Origin: Octopus vulgaris
Lineage: Eukaryota
Direction: 5' to 3'
DNA: 64,000 nucleotides
Assembly (NCBI GenBank): GCA_951406725.2
Contig: OX597841.1
Span: 17,174,001-17,238,000, forward strand
The notes under the pieces are model-generated. The model saw nothing but the letters and a program-made list of their open reading frames with translations. It made no database searches and was not told where the DNA came from. The first letter of the stretch is position 1. Every line of letters starts with the position of its first letter. A program made the position numbers and the translations under genes. Below, piece after piece: positions 27,271 to 41,649 of the stretch.

Positions 27271-27581
27271 GAAGAAGAGGAGGAGGAAGCGGTAGAAGAA
27301 AAGCAGGAGGTGGAAGAAGAAGAAGAAGAAGAAGAAGAAGAAGGAGGAGGGGGAAGAAGAAGAAAAGGAAGAAGGAGAAGGAGGGGGAAGAAGAAGGAAA
27401 GGAAGAAGAAGAAGAAGAAGAAGAAGAAGAAGAAGAAGAAGAAGAAGAAGGAGAAAAGGAAGAAGAAGAAGAAAGGATGGAAAGAAGTTTATGATGGAAA
27501 TAGAAAGTACAAGTTGAACGAGAACGAACTGGCTGAAGAAGGAAATCTCATTCACCGACCGGATATCCGCTGTTGTTTTCC

Positions 27582-27924
27582 ATCTGGCGGGATTTTCTTT
27601 TGCGTTCGTTCATTGCAAGTTCCTTCGTTTCTTTTCCGTTAGATTTTACGTGATTCTCAAAAGCTATTCATACAGCGAACCGTGTGTAGTATTTCTGGAA
27701 TAAATTGCTTTTTGAAGAGAACAGCGAAAGAAGATGTCTGATGGCGTTGGAGGGGACGGTGAAGGTTCGGAACGCGGTTTAGACCGGCTTCTAAATCTAA
27801 CAGATTAGTCATACAGTTGTAGACTGTATTTATAGCAAACATGGCGTATAAATATAACTCAAAGAATCATTATAGCACCGACCTAGAATAAAAAAAAAAG
27901 ACTACAATACGTTTTTATTATTAT
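27582..27924 (+). repeat. ~340-bp segment duplicated at 28825-29166
   Basis: Near-identical direct copies, each preceded by a (GAA/GAG)n tract. Confidence 0.9.
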
Positions 27925-27926
27925 AT

Positions 27927-28062
27927 AGGCGTAGGAGTGGCTGTGTGGTAAGTAGCTTGCTTACCAACCACATGGTCCCGGGTTCAGTCCCACTGCGTGG
28001 CATCTTGGGGCAAGTGTCTTCTGCTATAGCCCCGGGCCAGCCAATGCCTTCTGAGTGGATTT
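27927..28062 (+). mobile_element. SINE family A head
   Basis: aggcgtaggagtggctgtgtggtaag... Confidence 0.85.
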
Positions 28063-28365
28063 TCTCGGCGGAAAATTTATTTCTATTATTATTAATGCGG
28101 CAAGCTTGCAGAACCCTTAACCCCAGCAGACAAAATGATTAGCGGCATTTCGTCCGTCTTCACAGTCTGGGGCACATTCCGACGAGTTTCACTTCGCCTT
28201 TTATTCGTTTGAGGTCGTTAAAATAAGAATGAATTGAAGACGGGGGGGGGGCGATGCAATCGTCTAGTCCCCTCTCCAGAAATTACTGGCTCTGTGTCAG
28301 TATTTGAAGTCACCACCAGTAGTAGTAGTAGTAGTGTTAGTAGTAGTAGTGTTAGTAGTAGTAGT

Positions 28366-28398
<33 letters not shown>

Positions 28399-28824
28399 AG
28401 GGGGAGAAGGAGGGGAGGAGAGGAAGAACGAGAAAAGGATGAAAAGGAGGTAGAAGAAAAGTAAAACGTTAAAGAAATAGAGGAGGAGGTGGAGGAGGAG
28501 GAGGGAGAAGAAGAAGAAGAAGAGAGAGGAAGAGAAAAATTGGGGTGAAAATGTGGAAGGAGGAGGAGGAGGAGGAGAGAGTAGAAGTAGAGGAGGAGGA
28601 AGAAGAAATAGAGGAGAAGAAGAAGAAGGAGGATGAAGAAGGAGTAGAAGAGGAGGAAGAAGGAGAAGAAGAAGAAGAAGAAGAAGGAGACGGGAAGAAG
28701 AGAAAGGAAGTGGATGGAAGAGAAGGATTGGGATAAAAATAAGGAAGGAGGAGGAAGAGGGGAAGGGCAGAAGAAACGGAAGGAGGAGGAGGAGCAGGAG
28801 AAAATGAGGAAGAAGAAGAAGAAG

Positions 28825-29166
28825 ATCTGGCGGGATTTTCTTTTGCGTTCGTCCATTGCAAGATCCTTCGTTTCTTTTCCGTTAGATTTTACGTGATTCT
28901 CAAAAGCTATTCATACAGCGAACCGTGTGTAGTATTTCTGGAATAAATTGCTTTTTGAAGAGAACAGCGAAAGAAGATGTCTGATGGCGTTGGAGGGGAC
29001 GGTGAAGGTTCGGAACGCGGTTTGGACCGGCTTCTAAATCTAACAGATTAGTCATACAGTTGTAGACTGTATTTATAGCAAACATGGCGTATAAATATAA
29101 CTCAAAGAATCATTATAGCGCCGACCTAGAATTAAAAAAAACGACTACAATACGTTTTTATTATTA
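28825..29166 (+). repeat. Second copy of the ~340-bp duplication
   Basis: See 27582-27924. Confidence 0.9.
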
Positions 29167-29183
29167 TCTCTTTAAAGCAAGAT

Positions 29184-30000
29184 GGCGGTGCGCTGACAGA
29201 ATGGTTAATACGCTGGACGAAATGCTTAGCAGTATTTCGCCTGTCGCTACGTTCTGAGTTCAAATTCCACCGAGGTTCAACTTTGCCTTTCATTCTTTCG
29301 TGGTCGATTAATTGTGTACCAGTTATGAACTGGGGTCGAAGAAATCAACATACCTCCTCCCCACGAAACTTTAGCCTTCTGCTAAAATCTGAAATAATAG
29401 CGAACTGGCAGAATCGTTAGCACGCCGGGAGAATTGCTTAGCGGTATTTCGTCTCCCGTTACGTTCTGAGTTCAAATTCCGCCGAGGTCGACTTTGCCTT
29501 TCATCCTTTCGGGGTTGATTAAATAAGTACCAGTTATGCACTAAGGTCGATATAATCGACTTAATCCGTTTGTCTGTCCTTGTTTGCCCTCTCACTGTTT
29601 AGCTCCTTGTGGGTAGTAAACAAATAGGTATTTCGTCTGCCGTTACGTTCTGAGTTCAAATTCCGCCGAGGTCGACTTTGCCTTTCATTCTTTCCGGGTC
29701 GATAATATAAGTACCAGTTATGCACTTGGGTCGATGTAAATGGCTTTAACACTTCCCTCAAATTTTAGGTCTTGTGGACTATATTGAAAACGATTATTAG
29801 TTCTTTAAATCAAGATGGCGGCGAGCTGACTGAATCGTTAATGCGCCGAACGCATTAACGCCGGGCGAAATGCGTAGCCGTATTTTGTCTGTCTTTACGT
29901 TCTGCGTTCAAATGCCGTTGAGCTCGACTTTGCTTCATATCTTTTCGGGGTCGATAAATTAAGTATCAGGCAGTCACTGGGGTCGATGTAAACGACTTAA
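29184..30000 (+). mobile_element. Cluster of three same-orientation SINE family B copies
   Basis: Heads near 29184, 29399 and 29816; core motif occurs four times. Confidence 0.85.
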
Positions 30001-30236
30001 CGCTCTTCTTCGCCTAGCAAATTATTATATTTGCTAAAAAAAAGTCTGAAACCATTGGTCCAGGAGTTAGATAGTAATTGTTTTTATATTTCATTCCCTT
30101 CGAAATTTTATCCCTAATAGTGGTTTGGAATTTAACTGTCATTTCTAGCGTGCAAGGAATCCTATAATGACTCCTTCTAGCGTGATAGGTGTCCTATGAT
30201 GGTCACCTCTTATGTGTTTAAATGTACACTGTATTT

Positions 30237-30591
30237 AGGAGTGGCTGTGTGGTAAGTAGCTTGTTTACCAATCACATGGTTCCGGATTCAGTCCCACTGC
30301 GTGGCACCTTGGGCAAGTGTCCTCTACTATCGCCTCGGGCCGACCAAAGAGTTGTGAGTGGATTTGGTAGACAGAAACTGAAAGAAGCCCGTCGTATATA
30401 TATATGCGTGTGTGTGTTTGTGTGTCTGTTTGCCCCCAGGAGTGGCTGTGTGAGTAACTTGTTTACCAACCACATGGTTCCGGGTTCAGTCTCACTGCGT
30501 GGCACCTTGGGCAAGTGTCCTCTACTATAGCCTCAGGCCGACCAAAGCCTTGTGAGTGAATTTGGTAGACGGAAACTGAAAGAAGCCCGTC

Positions 30592-30630
<39 letters not shown>

Positions 30631-30842
30631 CGTGTGTGTGTTTGTGTCTCTGTGTTTGTCCCCCTAGCATTGCTTGACAACCGATGCTGGTGTGTTTACG
30701 TCCCCGTCACTTAGTGGTTCGGCAAAAATGACCGGTAGAATAAGTACTGGGCTTCAAAAGAATAAGACCTGGGGTCGAGTTGCTTGACTAAAGGTGGTGC
30801 TCCAGCATGGCCGCAGTCAAATGACTGAAACTAGTAAAAGAG
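30237..30842 (+). mobile_element. SINE family A with a duplicated 5' half
   Basis: Heads at 30237 and 30438, single tail. Confidence 0.9.
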
Positions 30843-30856
30843 CATAAAGCTTTTGG

Positions 30857-31404
<548 letters not shown>

Positions 31405-31424
31405 TATATATATATAGACTTTAT

Positions 31425-31491
31425 GCCCTGAAACTCCCATACTCCCTTATGAAACTCTCGCGGCGTCCAACAACATCAGAGACTTGGGAGT
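31425..31491 (+). mobile_element. Tiny CR1/L2-like LINE RT fragment
   Basis: ALKLPYSL / [12 protein letters not shown]; the xDLGV motif follows the RT catalytic region. Confidence 0.5.
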
Positions 31492-31945
31492 ATATAATGG
31501 GCCACTATATAAACACCAAATGAAATGGCCCGCAGAATGGATAACTTTCCAGTATATATACCATTATCCTAGCTCTTTCAGTTCTGTAGTAAATTGATAT
31601 ATACAGATTTTTGAATATATAAAGATAGATATAGATAGATAGATAGAAAGAGATACATACATACATACATACATACATAGATAAACAGATAGACCGATTG
31701 ATAGATAGATAAAGAGATAGACAAATAGAGATACCATCATATGGGAATATGAATATGTTTATGTATATAAATCAAGACGTACCTATACACACACGAACCC
31801 TTACACCCCACACTCAAATACATATACACATATACAAACACATATACAAATATACATATATATATATATATATACACGCACACACATCTATGTGCATATT
31901 TATACATACATATATATATATATATATTAAAATATATATATCTAA

Positions 31946-32548
<603 letters not shown>

Positions 32549-32731
32549 AATATATAAATATAATAGAAATATTAAAATTACTAAGTCTCTCTAAAAGAGA
32601 ACAACGGCAGCGTCCCCGGAAAATATTAGTTATCGCCATACTATTTATTCAGCTTTATTCTTATTTTTATAAGAATGCCATATTAGTATGGCGATAACTA
32701 AATATTTATATATAATATATATATATATATG

Positions 32732-32823
<92 letters not shown>

Positions 32824-32831
32824 TATATATG

Positions 32832-32866
<35 letters not shown>

Positions 32867-33124
32867 CATATATAGTATATGCGTGTGGTGTATGGGTGTG
32901 CACGATTGTGAGTGTGTGTCTGTGTGTCCGTGTGTACGGAGCATTAATCACGTCTGACATTTGAACGGATTGAAACTGGCACCGTTTAGTTTGGCAGTGA
33001 GCCGAGGGAGATGTCAACAGGTGAACGCCAAGTTGTTAATTATTCAGGTAGGGAAATGGGACACACGGACAGACAGACTGACAGACAAGCAAGCACATGC
33101 ATATATATATATATATATATACAC

Positions 33125-33181
<57 letters not shown>

Positions 33182-33396
33182 CGCACATACATCCGTATAT
33201 TTATAGAGATATACAACTATATATCAAACACAAATATATACACATATATACACGCATATATATAATAAATATTTTTATATAGAGACATATACATAGATAT
33301 TCATACATGTATATATAAATATATATGTATATATATCTATATATATATGTGTGTGTGTTTACTTACAGATATATACATACATATAGATATTCATCG

Positions 33397-33431
<35 letters not shown>

Positions 33432-33498
33432 TAAACATACACACATATAAGCAGATATATATATACATATATTATGTATATAGATTATGTATGTATAC

Positions 33499-33552
<54 letters not shown>

Positions 33553-33626
33553 TGACAGAGTACACCACCAGTATTATCATCACCACTGGTTTCCTCCCTC
33601 TTCTTCCTCTCGTCTCACTACTCCTC

Positions 33627-33669
<43 letters not shown>

Positions 33670-33864
33670 CAAATTCCCGCAGCCCATCACCACCGTCGCC
33701 TTCACCCCAGCCACCCACCTCCACCTCCGCCTAAAACTGCCAAAACCAATTCCCGAGAGTCTGAGACTCAGAATTTGCTTCTGACGTAAATGGGGGACTA
33801 AAATTTAGTGGAACGCACCGTCGACGTGGCGGTCATGTGGTTGCTCTTGCTGCTTTCGACGGTT

Positions 33865-33875
33865 ATGATGGTGGC

Positions 33876-33942
<67 letters not shown>

Positions 33943-34071
33943 GTGATGATGATGGTGATGAGGATGATGATGATGATGGTTATGCTGATGATGACGACGA
34001 CGACGAGGATGATGATGATGACAATGATGATGATGATGATGACGATGGTTATGCTGATGACGACGACGACG

Positions 34072-34102
<31 letters not shown>

Positions 34103-34230
34103 CGATGGTTATGGTGATGATGATGATGATGGTTACGTTGACGACGATGAAGATGATGGTGACGATGATGATTATGATGATGATGATGATAATGTCGATG
34201 ATGTTGCTATAGATGATGATGATGATGATA
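33865..34230. repeat. (GAT)n/(GAC)n trinucleotide tract
   Basis: Direct reading of the sequence. Confidence 0.95.
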
Positions 34231-35365
34231 TTTCGTTGCCGTTGTTTCTGTTGTTGCTCCTGGGATGGTGCTGGTTGTTGTTATGGTTATTCTTCTTCAT
34301 GTTGCTGTAATTTATTATTCTGCAGCTGTAGTGGTTGTTGTTTTCCGTGTTGGTGGTGGCGACGGCGGCGGCGGTGGTGGTTGCGGTGCTTTTGGTGATG
34401 GTGGTGAGGGTATGTATGTATGTATTTGTGGGTATATATGTATGTATATATGTGTATGTGTGTGTGTATGTATATGTGTGCATGTATATGTGTGTACGTA
34501 TGTGTGTATGTACGTGTGTATGTATGTGTGTATGTATGCATGTATGTATTTGTGGGTATATATGAATGTATGTGTATGTATGTGCGTATGTATGCGTGTA
34601 TGTATATGTATGTATGTGTGTATGTATGTATGTATGTATGCGTGCGTGTATGTGTGTATATAAGTATTTGTGTATGTATGTATGTGTGTGTGTATGCATG
34701 CATGTATTTGTGGGTATATATGTGTATGTGTGTATATATGCGTGTATGTATATGTATGTGTGTGAGTGTGTATGTATGCGTCCGTGTATGCGTGTATATG
34801 AGTATGTGTGTATTTATGTGTATGTATGCCTATGTGTATGAATGTATGTATGTATGTGTGTATATAAGCATGTGTGTATATATGTATGTATGTACGTGTG
34901 TGTCTATGCATGTGAGTGTATATTTGTCTGTGTGTATGTATGTAACTGTTATCTTTTATTTGTTTAAATCATTAGACTGCGCCCGTGCTGGAGCACTGCC
35001 TTGAGGGGGACTCTTACTTAAACATTTATAGAGCCTACCGATTCCTCTTCGTTGAAGATGCCGATGGGTTGACGGTTCGTGTTGGCCGGCCACATGCCAC
35101 AGGGGCACAAGACATGGTGTGGTATTTCCTGGAGATGGGGACTGACTGGGACTCATCTTGACGGGTGGGAGGTGTCACCCGGAAGACCTGGGAACATGCC
35201 CATAAAAGGTGAATGGAACAACGCGCTGCAACGGTGCATTTCCCTACACCTGTTCCTAACCTGACGCGACCTATGCATTTTACCGAATGCTGTGGACATT
35301 TGCATTAATCATAATATTAGAGTAATGTTGTTAACAGTTCTAATACGCTAAAAGCACTTTCGGAA

Positions 35366-35746
35366 TTGTAAATAATCCATTCGCCCTGTTTTATGATGGA
35401 GAAAATTTCTCTCTGTAGAGATGTGGAGTAAAATACACGCAAATCCGCTCGCAGCGCCATCTATCCATACTATGAGATGCAATCATTTCGGAGTAGTTGT
35501 CTCCTCTTTAGTCACAGAAACCGAGCGATGGCATTGCGAGCTGATAAGAGCCAATCTCTCTTATGTTTTTCCTGTCAACAAACGTCGGCTAGTAGCGCAA
35601 ATCGGACGGAGATAACTCCTCCGAAATGCTTGCATCTCATAGTCTGGAGAGGTGGCGCTGCGAGCGGATTTGGGTGTATTCCATACCATATGTTTACAGC
35701 GAGAAATTTCTGTCATGACAAAACACGGTGAATGGATTGTTTGCAA
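35366..35746. mobile_element. Old fold-back MITE with long imperfect TIRs
   Basis: ttgtaaataatccattc / gaatggattgtttgcaa; aaatccgctcgcagcgcca / tggcgctgcgagcggattt; actatgagatgcaa / ttgcatctcatagt. Confidence 0.75.
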
Positions 35747-35795
35747 GTCCTAACGTGCTCTTTGGCATATTCGAACTGGTATTAACATTGCATAA

Positions 35796-36031
35796 GGCGG
35801 CGAGCTGGCAGAAACGTTAGCACGTGGGGCGAAATGCTTAGCGGTATTTCGGCTGCCGTTACGTTGTGAGTTCAAATTCCGCCGAGGTCGACTTTGCCTT
35901 TCATCCTTTCGGGGTCGATAAATTAAGTACCAGTTACGCACTGGAGTCGATGTAATCGGCTTACTACCTATGTCCGTCCTTGTTTGTCCCTTCTGTGTTT
36001 AGCTCCTTGTGGGTACTAAAGAAATAGGTAT
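35796..36031 (+). mobile_element. SINE family B, single full unit
   Basis: Head, B-box, core and aaagaaataggtat tail. Confidence 0.9.
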
Positions 36032-36099
36032 TAACTTTGGATTTTTACATATCACCTCCAAGCGCAATCACTCCGTAATATAATATTACTTTTTTTTAT

Positions 36100-36298
36100 C
36101 GTGAAACGTGGAAAGATGCACGCTGACGAAGAAATTATCGAATGGACTAAATACATGCTACATAAGAACGCTACGAATGGCGCTAAATGTAAAATGGCGG
36201 CAACATATGACGAATGAACGCCATTATGGAGATCGGCTGAACGTTGACGTGAAGATCAGGCATAAATGGCTGCGACCACCTGGTCACTGCATGCACCA
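36100..36298 (+). mobile_element. RTE-clade LINE RT C-terminal fragment
   Basis: ERCTLTKKLSNGLNTCYIRTLRMALNVKWRQHMTNERHYG...KIRHKWLRPPGHCMHH matches E.WTLT...L..CY.R.LR..L...W..H.TN..LY....IR.R.LR.AGH..R. Confidence 0.8.
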
Positions 36299-36324
36299 TT
36301 TTACTTTACTTTACTTACTTTTTA

Positions 36325-36745
36325 CTCTTACTTGTTTCAGTCATTTGACTGCGGCCATGCTGGAGCACCGCCTTTTCGTCGATCAAATCGACCCTAGGAC
36401 TTATTCTTTGTAAGCCCAGTATTTATTTTATCGGTCTCTTTTTGTGCCGAACCGATAAGTTACGGGGACGTAAACACACCAGCATCGGTTATCAAGCGAT
36501 GTTGGGGGGGACAAACACAGACACACAGACATACACAAACACACACACACACACACCTATATACATGTATATACATATATACGACGGGCTTCTTTCAGTT
36601 TCCGTCTACCAAATCTACTCACAAGGCATTGGTCGGCCCGAGGCTATAGTAGAAGACACTTGGCCAAGGTGCCACGCAGAGGGACTGAACCCGGAACCAT
36701 GTGGTTGGTAAGCAAGCTACTTACAACACAGCCACTCCAACGCCT
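36325..36745 (-). mobile_element. SINE family A, full length
   Basis: End-to-end match to the other copies. Confidence 0.9.
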
Positions 36746-36753
36746 ATATATAA

Positions 36754-36798
<45 letters not shown>

Positions 36799-36870
36799 GG
36801 TCCCGGGTTGATTCGGGGTTAACCACAGTAAATAAGGTACTCAATACATAGCAGAGTAAAATTAATTTAT

Positions 36871-36972
36871 TATATAGAAGGAGCTTCTACAGGACTAGAA
36901 CTGTTTCATTCAAGAGAAATCTTCAGCTCTTGAATGAAACAGTTCTAGTCCTGTAGAAGCTCCTTCTATATA
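36871..36972. repeat. 46-bp perfect inverted repeat; minus-strand hammerhead core in the 10-nt loop
   Basis: Arms 36871-36916 / 36927-36972. The minus strand reads CTGAAGA-tttc-tctt-gaat-GAAA-cag-ttctagtc-ctg-TA. Confidence 0.85.
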
Positions 36973-36994
36973 AAAATATATATATATATAATAA

Positions 36995-37353
<359 letters not shown>

Positions 37354-37410
37354 GCGTGTGTGTATATATATATATGTGTGTGTGTGTGTATATATATATG
37401 TGTGTGTGTG

Positions 37411-37455
<45 letters not shown>

Positions 37456-38082
37456 GTGTGTGTGTATATATATATGTGTGTGTGTGTGTGTGTATATATA
37501 TATGCGTGTGTGTATATATATATGTGTGTGTGTGTATATATATATATGTGTGTGTGTGTATATATATATGTGTGTGTGTATGTGTGTGTGTATATATATA
37601 TGTGTGTGTGTGTATGTATATATATGTGTGTGTGTGTATATATATATGTGTGTGTGTGTGTGTATATATATATGTGTATGTGTGTGTATATGTGTGTGTA
37701 TATATATGTGTGTGTGTATATATATATATGTGTGTGTATGTGTGTGTATATATATGTGTGTGTGTATATATATATATGTGTGTGTATGTGTGTGTATATA
37801 TATGTGTGTGTGTATATATATATATGTGTGTGTATGTGTGTGCATATATATATATGTGTGTGTGTGTGTGTGTATATATGTATATATATATATATATATA
37901 TACTTATATATATGTATATATATGTATGTATGAATGTATATATATATATATGACCATACATATATATATATATATACGTATAAATATATATATATATAAT
38001 ATTTTTCACTATAAATACACACCGTGTTGAAACAAGAAAGCTATATATATATATATGCAAACACGTATTTAATTATAATGTA

Positions 38083-38157
<75 letters not shown>

Positions 38158-38305
38158 GTTCGGTACGGTTCTATTGGTTCTCCTATCCGTATCATACACA
38201 TCGGTTAGGTCAGAAGTTAACCCCGTTCATTGGATTTCTGATGCCTTCTTATGACGTCACAAGTCGATATATGAGGAATTAATTGGGGTCATTTATCTTT
38301 GTGTA

Positions 38306-38342
<37 letters not shown>

Positions 38343-38467
38343 TGAGAAAGAGAGAAAGAGATGTCGTAGACACAGAGAGGCAAGCAGACATACAACGATA
38401 GAGACAGTTACGTGAAGAGCGAAGACGGCTCGGATGTCATGTCTGAATATTAATGTACACGTGTATA

Positions 38468-38507
<40 letters not shown>

Positions 38508-38632
38508 GCATGTATGTATATATATGTATATATATACATGCATGTATGTATACACATATACACAATTGTGAGGATTAAGTGTATGTGTAAATATATAGCT
38601 GCTTAAAGATGTGTATAAATGCATTCACAAAG

Positions 38633-38675
<43 letters not shown>

Positions 38676-38678
38676 ATG

Positions 38679-38719
<41 letters not shown>

Positions 38720-38802
38720 ATGTATTTATATATATATACATATATATTTGCATGTAAATATATGTATATATACAATATATATACATACAACTATGTTTGT
38801 GA

Positions 38803-38859
<57 letters not shown>

Positions 38860-40273
38860 TATATATTTACATATATACATAATTTATATATATATATATA
38901 TATATATACATACATACATACATACATACGTACATACATACACACAAAAATGTTTCTATGTACGTAGATAGATGGATAGATATATGAATATGAATACAGA
39001 AATCTAAATCCGATGAAAGCTGATGGAAGCTGGCGGAGGACACATCATCATCATCAAATCGGTCATAACATCAACATCAAAGACTTGGCAAAAGATCAAA
39101 GGAGTTCGGCGCTCTATTACCGTCTCTCATTTTGACGTCACATATCTCTTCTGAACTGTCCTCAAGTGTACGCGTATAGATATATAATTATATGTCTGTG
39201 CTTGTGTTTTGTAATTTTTAGTGTGTTTGTGTGTATATATATTATACGTATATACATATACATGTATATATATATATATATAGGCGTGTGTGTGTGCTTG
39301 TGAATTGACATGCAAATATATACATATCAGTAATTTAGTGAATACATATGTGTGTTTGTTTGTATAGGCATATGCATATTCATGTGTGTATGTTTACAAC
39401 TCCATATATGAAAATATATATATATGTATACATATATATACATATGTATAGATAGAGAGAGAGAGAGAGAGAAAAGTAGATGGATAAATAGATAGAAAAA
39501 TAGATGGGTAAATATATATATATAGATAGATAGATACATACATACATAGATAGATATAGGAAGAAATAACTTATTCTGTCGGTTTCTTTTGCTGAAACGC
39601 TAAGCTACGGGGACGTAAACAAACCAATATCGGTTGCGAAGCGATTATGGGGGAACAAACACAGGAACAAAGATACATACCCCCCCCCCCCATATATATA
39701 TATATATGTATATATATTCATATATATATATATGAATATATATATATACATATATATTCATATATATATATGCATATATATATATATATATGCATATATA
39801 CATACATATATATATATACATACTTACATATATATTTATATACGTATGCATATATGGGCATTGGGCGTCACAGAACGTAAACAACCTAAAATACAAATAC
39901 ACGTAATATGAATTGTTTGTTTTTTTTGCGAAGAACGAAAGAAACGCTGTTTCCGTCAACCAGTTCCAGTCGTAAAGCATTAGTCGGCTCGAAGACTGAT
40001 GCAGACTTCACTTTTCCCTAAAGTGCCAGGTAGTAGGACTTGAACCTCGAACTCACGTGTTTGCAATGTGAAGCTTGTTAAGCTAACAACGCACTCGGTA
40101 ACATTTTTAGTCGGAAGAGATAAAATGAACGCCGCAACCTCATTTAAAGAAGATGAATATAGCGTTTTCGGATGAAAAGTAGAATTGGTAAATTTCCAGA
40201 AATCTTGTCTTTTATACTTTATGGCTAATGTCTTGCATAAAACAGAAAAGAAAATTTGAAATTGTGATAATAT

Positions 40274-40423
40274 AGGCGCAGGTGTGACAGCGTGATTTGC
40301 ACCTGCATGTGTTGGGTTCGATCCCACTGAATGGCAAGTTCAGTAAGTATTTTCTGTTTAAACTCCAGACCAACCAAAGCCTTGTGAGTGGATCTGGGAG
40401 ACGGAAACTGAAAGAAGCCCATC

Positions 40424-40424
<1 letters not shown>
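40274..40424 (+). mobile_element. Diverged SINE family A head
   Basis: aggcgcaggtgtgacagcgtg...gacggaaactgaaagaagccc. Confidence 0.7.
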
Positions 40425-40462
<38 letters not shown>

Positions 40463-40465
<3 letters not shown>

Positions 40466-40866
40466 TTATATATAAAAGTAAGGTTGTGTGTCTGTCTCCT
40501 ACGATTCAGATTCCTAACTACTCCCACATTTTGCGGTGCAGTTTAACCAAAAGCGGGTATATTATAGTCGTGATTCATATCGAGCCCTTCTGGGTATTAG
40601 CGCGCGTCTACGATGAGTCTACGATTTTAAAAATAATTTACCATCATTTTTTTCCATTTTAATGCATTTTTTCGCTATTATATAAGGGAAGTAACTCTCT
40701 AAAAATGTCGTCGATGAGTCAACGATTTAAAAAAAAATTATCATCATTTTTTTGCATCTTAATGCATTTTTTTCCATTTTTTTGCTGTTTTTTGGCTATA
40801 ACTCTCTAAAAATGCTTTATAGTTATTTCCCTTACAAACCCGAGCAACGCCGGGCGATACTGCTAG
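40463..40866 (+). mobile_element. Non-autonomous Helitron, single copy
   Basis: A|TCtttatatataaaag ... cccgagcaacgccggg hairpin ... CTAG|T; 3' end shared with the 5082-6264 array. Confidence 0.8.
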
Positions 40867-40899
<33 letters not shown>

Positions 40900-40918
40900 G
40901 GATCTTTCCTTCTCCTAT

Positions 40919-40953
40919 GTTTCCGACGAAGAGCTCCGCTCGAAACGTTAAAC
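40919..40953 (+). ncRNA. Minimal hammerhead motif (U4C)
   Basis: gttt-CCGACGA-a-gagc-tcc-gctc-GAAA-cg-TT-aaac. Confidence 0.6.
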
Positions 40954-41050
40954 CCTCCTCCTTTTCTTCTTTCCTGAGCGTCCAATAATACTATATTTGT
41001 TCCACGTCCTCGCGTTGTTGCGTTTTTTGTACTTTCTTGTTTGGATTAAC

Positions 41051-41088
<38 letters not shown>

Positions 41089-41093
<5 letters not shown>

Positions 41094-41365
41094 CGATCAC
41101 GTGACCAACCAGGGTATCAGATATTGCTACACATCGCTGGTTACAATGCGCTTCGCATTGGTTTAGCCTTCAAATGACGCCACCCCGCCGGCTAAGCGAG
41201 CGGGCCAACAGAAGAAAAAGTGAGAGAAAGTTGTGGCGAAAGAGTACAGCAGGGAACGCCACCACCCCCTGCCGGAGCCTCGTGGTGCTTTAGGTGTTTT
41301 CGCTCAATAAACACTCACAACGCCCGAAACCGCGAGTCCACTGCCCTAACCACTGGGCCATTGCG

Positions 41366-41369
<4 letters not shown>
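41089..41369 (-). mobile_element. tRNA-derived SINE family D (B-box region deleted)
   Basis: Minus strand begins gaggcgcaatggcccagtggttagggcagtggactcgcgg (A-box); ttgagcgaaaacacc core. Confidence 0.65.
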
Positions 41370-41409
<40 letters not shown>

Positions 41410-41416
41410 GTATATG

Positions 41417-41509
<93 letters not shown>

Positions 41510-41607
41510 CGGGAAGCTTTATGAAAATAAACAAAAGACGAAGGCAGGTGGAATACAAACAAACAATTGTATTAGTATGGCGCTCAGGAATATAAATAAA
41601 ACAAGTC

Positions 41608-41641
41608 TTTTACGTTTCGAGCCTACGCTCTTCAACAGAAA
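41608..41641 (-). ncRNA. Minimal hammerhead motif (A6U) in a PLE-like repeat
   Basis: Minus: ttt-CTGTTGA-a-gagc-gtag-gctc-GAAA-cg-TA-aaa; host repeat 41510-41645 is paralogous to 61915-62045. Confidence 0.5.
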
Positions 41642-41649
41642 TATACACA

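Noticed and set aside
33808-34310. Poly-Asp or poly-Met protein
   Set aside because: It is a (GAT)n microsatellite with no flanking coding signal.
35020-35200. Possible second RTE fragment (LAGH-C-HR)
   Set aside because: It needs several frameshifts; the evidence is too thin to list as a feature.
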